A stretch of 12,407 nt of DNA from Candidatus Micrarchaeota archaeon (GTDB lineage: Archaea; Micrarchaeota; Micrarchaeia; Norongarragalinales; SBBD01), in the NCBI GenBank assembly GCA_043813365.1, contig JBDRLB010000006.1:1-12407 (forward strand), written 5' to 3'. Positions 8,501 through 12,407 of this stretch are shown in pieces. Made by a program: the position numbers and the translations under genes. Below the pieces are notes generated by a model. It had not been told where the DNA came from and ran no database searches. It was given only the letters and a program-made list of their open reading frames with translations. Every line of letters starts with the position of its first letter. Position 1 is the stretch's first letter.

Positions 8501-9359
8501 ACTCATCGCATCAATAATTTCAAAGCCCCATCCGCCTTCAATCGGAGTAGTCACTTTCAATTCCGCCCAGCGCGACCTTATTGAAAATTTGCTTGAGAAA
8601 AAAGCGCTCTCGGATTACAAATTTTACCAGCACTACAAGCGCGAACAGGAGCGCGTTGAGAATGAGGAGCTCCAGTCCCTTTTCGTGAAGAACATCGAGA
8701 ATGTGCAGGGGGATGAAAGGGACATGATAATTTTCAGCATTGGGTATGCTCCATCTGTTGAGGATGGAAGGGTGCTCACTCAATTCGGCACACTCAGCAT
8801 GGAAGGCGGGGAAAACCGGCTGAATGTCGCGATTACCCGCGCCCGGGAAAAAGTGATTGTGGTCAGCTCCATTGATCCCCTGCAGCTCAAAATAACCGAC
8901 GAAAGCAACATCGGCGGAAAATACCTCCGGAAATACCTCGAATATGCCAAGGCAGTCTCAGACAACAATGGGGATGAAATTTCCGCAATACTGAAAAGCG
9001 TTGGCGGGGATGCATATGAAAAATCAATGCTCTCCCAGCCATCGGCTTCGGATGCGCTTTCGGATGAGCTCTTCATTCAGCTCCAGAAAGCCGGCCTTGA
9101 AGTCAAGAAGGAGGTGGGCTACAGCAACTACGCGCTTGATCTCGCAATAATTGACAAATCCGACCAGCACCGGTTCGCTCTAGGAATCGAAATCGACAAG
9201 CACAATTATGGCGGGCTGCTCGATGCAAAGGAAAGGGATGTCTACCGCCAGAACCTGCTGGAGAGCAGGGGCTGGAAGCTTTTCCGCGTGAGCTCAAGGG
9301 ATTGGTGGAGCGATCCGGAGGAGATTGTAAGGGCAATAAAGCAGGAGTTAAAGGACTGA
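5547..9359 (+). CDS. DUF4011-like + UPF1-like SF1 helicase (AAA_11/AAA_12) + C-terminal Vsr-like/MTES_1575-type endonuclease fusion (Hhe-like putative defence protein), 1270 aa
   Basis: N-terminal LTDVSKTNRSL...EKETGNYDVYIGYPF...CPLVLFP (DUF4011-like); Walker A GPPGTGKS (6525-6548); VCEKRAALDVV; CSPETVS; Walker B FDEASQ (DEASQ at 8082-8096); GDEKQLPP; HYRS; VQGDERD; RLNVAITRAR; C-terminal YALDLAI...GIEID...ERDVYRQNLLESRGWKLFRVSSRDW. Confidence 0.9.
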   Translation: MDSEYSKLIDNLADPNFKQKVSIPKVLDVLRDQLTDVSKTNRSLHLSRLNMRLHFDLSELFNENKEEAQRLANKIENRRPLRLVKVITPDEDDMAASYRLTHLQREADFIEKETGNYDVYIGYPFVEGEFGDGTHYKCPLVLFPAIIEKDYKKLEYTAKPDAEREPILNKTFIIAYQKFNRIKFDPNYDFEIEEGKDGFLKAAISKCEDLGMKFENKTVLGNHMQQYDARKATRGGATNRINIKNYAILGMFPQTSSTVLSDYEELIKAPPSDGAMFDFFNGEAADKNEWLRPEDHGKRAYFVTDVDGSQEKAMLSLEKLKGIAVHGPPGTGKSQLIVNVIADNVAKGKAILLVCEKRAALDVVYHRLAAIGLGDMVALVHDYNKDRHTIFSKVAKNIDDFNNAETLPEITVDDKGMKSEELLSQLVEYHHSISRKLRSGTSLRHLYSVDKQPLLRVESLSGLENSFSFLQFVDAMEKISDLLLLVRKDGNGAFKALQNNKLASISEEKSRQVEIRLRELLRIYESLIELSNGAEFQALQLQKHHSAYPKSMELESRIRKHPHNSKSFLKFTNSEWRKAQKYLEAVRENNRESKLPFEYLLRELNGESIKFTSKTFISVGKLAEYNKLMQSFENEAAELQSELAYGESDNTISSELVSLASFCSDDCQHLLLQLQNSLKAREKGKVFARQVSDLSEEERTLFDIAQSVLSREKNLQKTIDILNHSYYYKQIQQAENELPVLKKLDRTTYGNYRKELQSLLNKRKLKSRQEVRRRWHENLSNQRYSNLKEMKFQAEKTKHPWSIRKMMREFADKGIMDVFPVWLCSPETVSAIFPLKKGMFETVVFDEASQCTLEHAIPALYRSKSVAVAGDEKQLPPFDLFSSHLDIENAEEDDSPSANELVEVAGVKSFLQLAKRRYPELLLNWHYRSKREELIAFSNFAFYSGKIQTTTPPEMHKKGTAIEWIKVNGLWDKRRNRAEAEKAVELIASIISKPHPPSIGVVTFNSAQRDLIENLLEKKALSDYKFYQHYKREQERVENEELQSLFVKNIENVQGDERDMIIFSIGYAPSVEDGRVLTQFGTLSMEGGENRLNVAITRAREKVIVVSSIDPLQLKITDESNIGGKYLRKYLEYAKAVSDNNGDEISAILKSVGGDAYEKSMLSQPSASDALSDELFIQLQKAGLEVKKEVGYSNYALDLAIIDKSDQHRFALGIEIDKHNYGGLLDAKERDVYRQNLLESRGWKLFRVSSRDWWSDPEEIVRAIKQELKD

Positions 9360-9386
9360 ACCCTTGCAAGTCACCGAAATGCTGGC

Positions 9387-9761
9387 TTAAGCCGGCAATA
9401 GCTCAGATCTGGCCGAGGGGAAAGGCGTTTCACAAACCAGCTGGCTGTCCTGGTTTTTGCAGGTGGCATTGCGGACCCCTCGCTGTGATGCGATTGAGCA
9501 CGGATCACCTTCCGCCTTGCCACTGCAGGCATCCGCAGCCTCCTTGAGCCTTTGGAGCTCGAATTGCACGCGTTGTTCCTCCGTCATATTGCCAAATGTC
9601 CCATTCATCCCTCCGGAAAAATTGCCCCTCCCTCCAAATTGGCCCCTTTGGCCTTGCTGGAAACCTGCGTTGCGCTGATCAGTCTGGATGCATCCAAAAA
9701 GGAAAAACATCACCAATAACGAGATCATGAGAATGTAGAACGTCAGGCCAGAATTTTTCAT
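9387..9761 (-). CDS. Small lipoprotein-like secreted protein with Gly/Gln-rich linker and 4-Cys C-terminal domain (124 aa)
   Basis: Signal MKN + hydrophobic stretch + LFGC lipobox-like motif; ACSGKAEGDPC...TC...LVC; 16-nt gap after the permease stop, containing an SD-like GGGG. Confidence 0.75.
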   Translation of the reverse strand: MKNSGLTFYILMISLLVMFFLFGCIQTDQRNAGFQQGQRGQFGGRGNFSGGMNGTFGNMTEEQRVQFELQRLKEAADACSGKAEGDPCSIASQRGVRNATCKNQDSQLVCETPFPSARSELLPA

Positions 9762-9777
9762 TGGAAAACCCCTGCTA

Positions 9778-11037
9778 TTATTCGTATCTTAATGCTTCAA
9801 CCGGCTGCAGTTTGGCTGCATTCCTTGCCGGCAATACCCCGGAAATTATTCCCACAAGCGCGGAGAATAAAATCGCACCCACAAGAAGTTCGGTAGTCAC
9901 CAGCGTAGCAACCCCAAATGTCCCGAGGACATAATTTGCAGTCAGGCTAAGTGCAATTCCAAGGACGCCGCCCAAGAAGCCGATCAGCCCCGCTTCAATC
10001 AGGAATTCTGCAGTGATTTCGCGGTCCTTCATCCCCAATGCCTTGAGCACCCCGATTTCGCGCGTCCTTTCCAGAACGCTCATGAACATGGTGTTAGCGA
10101 CACCTATAGCCCCCACAATGAGGGAAATGGCCGCTATTCCGCCCAGGAACAGGGTGAGCATTCCCGTAATGCTTGAGGAGGCATCCGCCAAAAACGAGGC
10201 GGTCGTTATTGTGAAGTCCTCCTTTCCTGCAGTGAGCCTGTGGGCGATAAGCAGTGCCTCATCCAGCTTTGCCGCAACAGCATCGGTGCTGTAACCGGGC
10301 TTGACTTTCACAAAAACCTGCCCCACATTCGTGCTTTCATTGAGAAGCTGCTTTGCCACGGTCATTGGGATGTAGACATTATTGTCAGATGACACGAACG
10401 ACCCCGATGTCTGGTTAATTGCACCTACAACCCGGAAATACGAATCGCCAATTTTAATCTGCTTATTGAGGATGTCCATGTCCTTGAATGTATTTGAATA
10501 TACCCTGTAACCCAAAACAACCGAGTACCGGTCGTTGTCATTAAGCGTTTTTCCTGCAATCATGGTGGGGTTAGCAATAGCCTTGAAAGCTGACGGATCT
10601 ATTCCCACCACTTGAAGGGATGCATTGAATCCCTTGAACTCTGTCCTTTCGCGGCCATCGATGCGGCCATCGACCTCCAATACGCCATCCACCCGCCTGA
10701 GTTTTGCCAGATCATCGAACGTGATCCTCCCGCTATCGCCGCCGAATCTGAAGCCTCCGGCTGCACCACCTCCGCCTGAAATCCGTATTTCGCCTCCTCC
10801 CCCAAAACCGCCCCCTCCGGTCCTTGTTGCTTGCTGCCCTCCGGGAGTAATTTGGATGATGTCATTCCCGAGCAGGTTAAGGCGCGAGCGCACTTGCGCA
10901 TCAACGCCAAATGCAAGCGCCAGCAAAGTGACTATGGAGGCAACTGCAATCACGATTCCAAGCACGGTCAGCCATGAACGGAGCTTCCTGCCGCGCATAT
11001 TCGCAACCGATAGCCCGAACACATCAATTAGGTTCAT
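9778..11037 (-). CDS. ABC transporter permease, MacB/FtsX family (419 aa)
   Basis: RKLRSWLTVLGIVIAVASI (TM1), a large extracytoplasmic domain, and the C-terminal signature IAAISLIVGAIGVANTMFMSVLERTREIGVLKALG...PARNAAKLQPVEALRYE. ATG at 11037 is preceded by SD GAGGAG, so it is preferred over TTG 11052. Confidence 0.95.
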   Translation of the reverse strand: MNLIDVFGLSVANMRGRKLRSWLTVLGIVIAVASIVTLLALAFGVDAQVRSRLNLLGNDIIQITPGGQQATRTGGGGFGGGGEIRISGGGGAAGGFRFGGDSGRITFDDLAKLRRVDGVLEVDGRIDGRERTEFKGFNASLQVVGIDPSAFKAIANPTMIAGKTLNDNDRYSVVLGYRVYSNTFKDMDILNKQIKIGDSYFRVVGAINQTSGSFVSSDNNVYIPMTVAKQLLNESTNVGQVFVKVKPGYSTDAVAAKLDEALLIAHRLTAGKEDFTITTASFLADASSSITGMLTLFLGGIAAISLIVGAIGVANTMFMSVLERTREIGVLKALGMKDREITAEFLIEAGLIGFLGGVLGIALSLTANYVLGTFGVATLVTTELLVGAILFSALVGIISGVLPARNAAKLQPVEALRYE

Positions 11038-11096
11038 ATCTTCTCTCCTCAAATATGCGATTATCCTGAATTTTATTTGCGTTCCTCCCGACAGCC

Positions 11097-12362
11097 CTAT
11101 TTATCATGCCTCTTTTTCCATTTGTACCCTACGTATGCTCCAATCAGGATGATCACGCCAACCAAAACCATGAATGGGTCCAGCCCGAAAATGCTGAACC
11201 CTTGCGAAGCTGGACGGCCGAATCTCTGGTTTGTTGTACCGGTTGCACCAGTAGAGTCTGCGAAGGAAGGCCTGATGCTTAGATCCAGACCAGTGGTTTC
11301 CACATGCTCAATGTTTAGTGCGTCCTTGTATGTCACGGTAATTTTCAGGATGCCCGAACTCGCATTTACGCCCCTCCTTGGAGTCATGCTTACTGACATC
11401 GATGCTGAATCGTCCAGATTAAGGGTGCCGATGAACTTGTCGTTGCCACTCGTAATGACAAAGTCGTCCGAGGATGCTTTGCCATATACTCCCCTTACGG
11501 CCGTATCGCCGACATTTGCTATTGTCACGGAAATGGAGCTGGTCCCGGCAGTATCAGTCATGGGTGCCGCGCCTTCAGTACTGACTAACAAAGAGGTTTT
11601 GGCAAGCACCTGCAAACCGGCTGTTTGTGTAATTGCAGGTTGATTTTCATGGTCGATATTGTAGTTTATGACCAAAGTTATGGGGTAAAAGCCCGGCGAT
11701 GTTCCTGCTGCTACACCTACTTTAAAACTGATCTTTTCCTTTTCGCCTGCTCCGATGGATGCAACATATTGCCTGTCCGTTCCCAATGGGATTAGGGAGC
11801 TGGTGGTGGCAAATTGCATCTGGATGAAAATATCCTCTGCGGTCTGCCTCCCCACATTGGTAAGCGTCACCTCCAGGTCTTTTGAATCGCCCGCATAGGT
11901 ATTTCCAGTTCCCGTCAATTCAGCGACGAGCAGGTTCGATTGCTGCAATTGGTTTATTGTAATTGGTATGTCCCCGACCTGCGCTTGTGTGCCTTTTTGG
12001 TCAATGATGAAAATATAGATATCGTAATTCCCGGGCTTGGCCCTGTCCGGAACCTGGAAATCCACGATCTGGTTTTTAACCTGCTTGTAGACCATGTCCC
12101 CGTAATAATAGGTCTGGGGAGCATCCAAAAAAGGAATCAATATGTTCAATTGCACCGAATTCGAGCCTTCAGCGTTGGTATTTTCCAGGTCGAATTTAAA
12201 TCTCACGCTGTCGCCGGGGAATATCCTGTCCGGCGTCTGCTCAAGGTTTGATATTTTGTATCCGGTATTTGAGAAATAGCCCGCATTAGTGATATTGAAA
12301 GTCACGGCTGCAGCTTGGCCGATAAGCAATAAAAAAATTGCCCAAAGTAACGACTCGTCCAT
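11097..12362 (-). CDS. COG1361-type S-layer-domain (Ig-like repeat) surface protein with signal peptide and C-terminal TM anchor (421 aa)
   Basis: N-terminal signal peptide; three beta-sandwich repeats (FDLENT...PGNYDI; VTLTNVG...PGFYPITLVINY; VTIANVGD...ITVTYKD); TM segment plus KWKKR tail; typical position upstream of an archaeal MacB-type permease; GGAG upstream of the ATG. Confidence 0.85.
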   Translation of the reverse strand: MDESLLWAIFLLLIGQAAAVTFNITNAGYFSNTGYKISNLEQTPDRIFPGDSVRFKFDLENTNAEGSNSVQLNILIPFLDAPQTYYYGDMVYKQVKNQIVDFQVPDRAKPGNYDIYIFIIDQKGTQAQVGDIPITINQLQQSNLLVAELTGTGNTYAGDSKDLEVTLTNVGRQTAEDIFIQMQFATTSSLIPLGTDRQYVASIGAGEKEKISFKVGVAAGTSPGFYPITLVINYNIDHENQPAITQTAGLQVLAKTSLLVSTEGAAPMTDTAGTSSISVTIANVGDTAVRGVYGKASSDDFVITSGNDKFIGTLNLDDSASMSVSMTPRRGVNASSGILKITVTYKDALNIEHVETTGLDLSIRPSFADSTGATGTTNQRFGRPASQGFSIFGLDPFMVLVGVIILIGAYVGYKWKKRHDK

Positions 12363-12407
12363 TTACTTCTCCTTCCAGGCAAGCCAGGCAAACCATCTGA
12401 CCCCGAG

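Noticed and set aside
5970..9369. Multiple antisense and alternative-frame ORFs over the helicase (e.g. 5970..6644, 7187..7708)
   Set aside because: These are shadow ORFs of a well-supported gene and have no recognisable motifs.
10651..10673. 12-nt-period duplication GCGGCCATCGA x2 (VDGRIDGR)
   Set aside because: It has only two units and is in frame within the permease ectodomain; not a CRISPR array or a meaningful repeat.
10013..12251. Plus-strand ORFs 10013..10294, 10625..11152, 11077..11643 and 11940..12251
   Set aside because: These are antisense shadows of the permease and S-layer genes; the poly-Pro is the reverse complement of the Gly-rich loop.
12363..12407. Possible 3' end of an upstream gene (TAA directly before the ATG; another frame reads RGQMVCLACLE) and a short CCAGGCAA x2 repeat
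   Set aside because: Only 45 nt are visible, so frame and identity cannot be determined.
1..12407. CRISPR arrays, tRNA/rRNA genes, IS elements
   Set aside because: The window is almost fully coding, and I found no spaced repeats, cloverleaf structures or transposase motifs.

Overview
Archaeal genomic window. The archaeal call rests on an archaeal-type AlaRS with an N-terminal Zn-ribbon, a geranylgeranyl-reductase-family gene, a COG1361 S-layer-type protein and BRE/TATA promoters; a DPANN/Micrarchaeota-like origin is inference only. The + strand starts with a tightly packed trio: the 3' end of a GGR-family FAD reductase, a divergent multidomain RelA/SpoT homologue (degenerate HD domain, remodelled synthetase, TGS-like domain, no ACT), and alaS, which is interrupted by one in-frame amber codon (3972-3974) inside its editing domain. 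Next come two small minus-strand genes and, divergently, a 1270-aa DUF4011-like/UPF1-like SF1 helicase/Vsr-like nuclease fusion resembling the Hhe antiviral protein. The window ends with a minus-strand operon: S-layer-type protein, MacB/FtsX permease and a small Cys-rich lipoprotein. The most notable items are a long RSH in an archaeon directly upstream of alaS, and the amber-split alaS. All family calls come from recognising motifs by eye; no searches were run.
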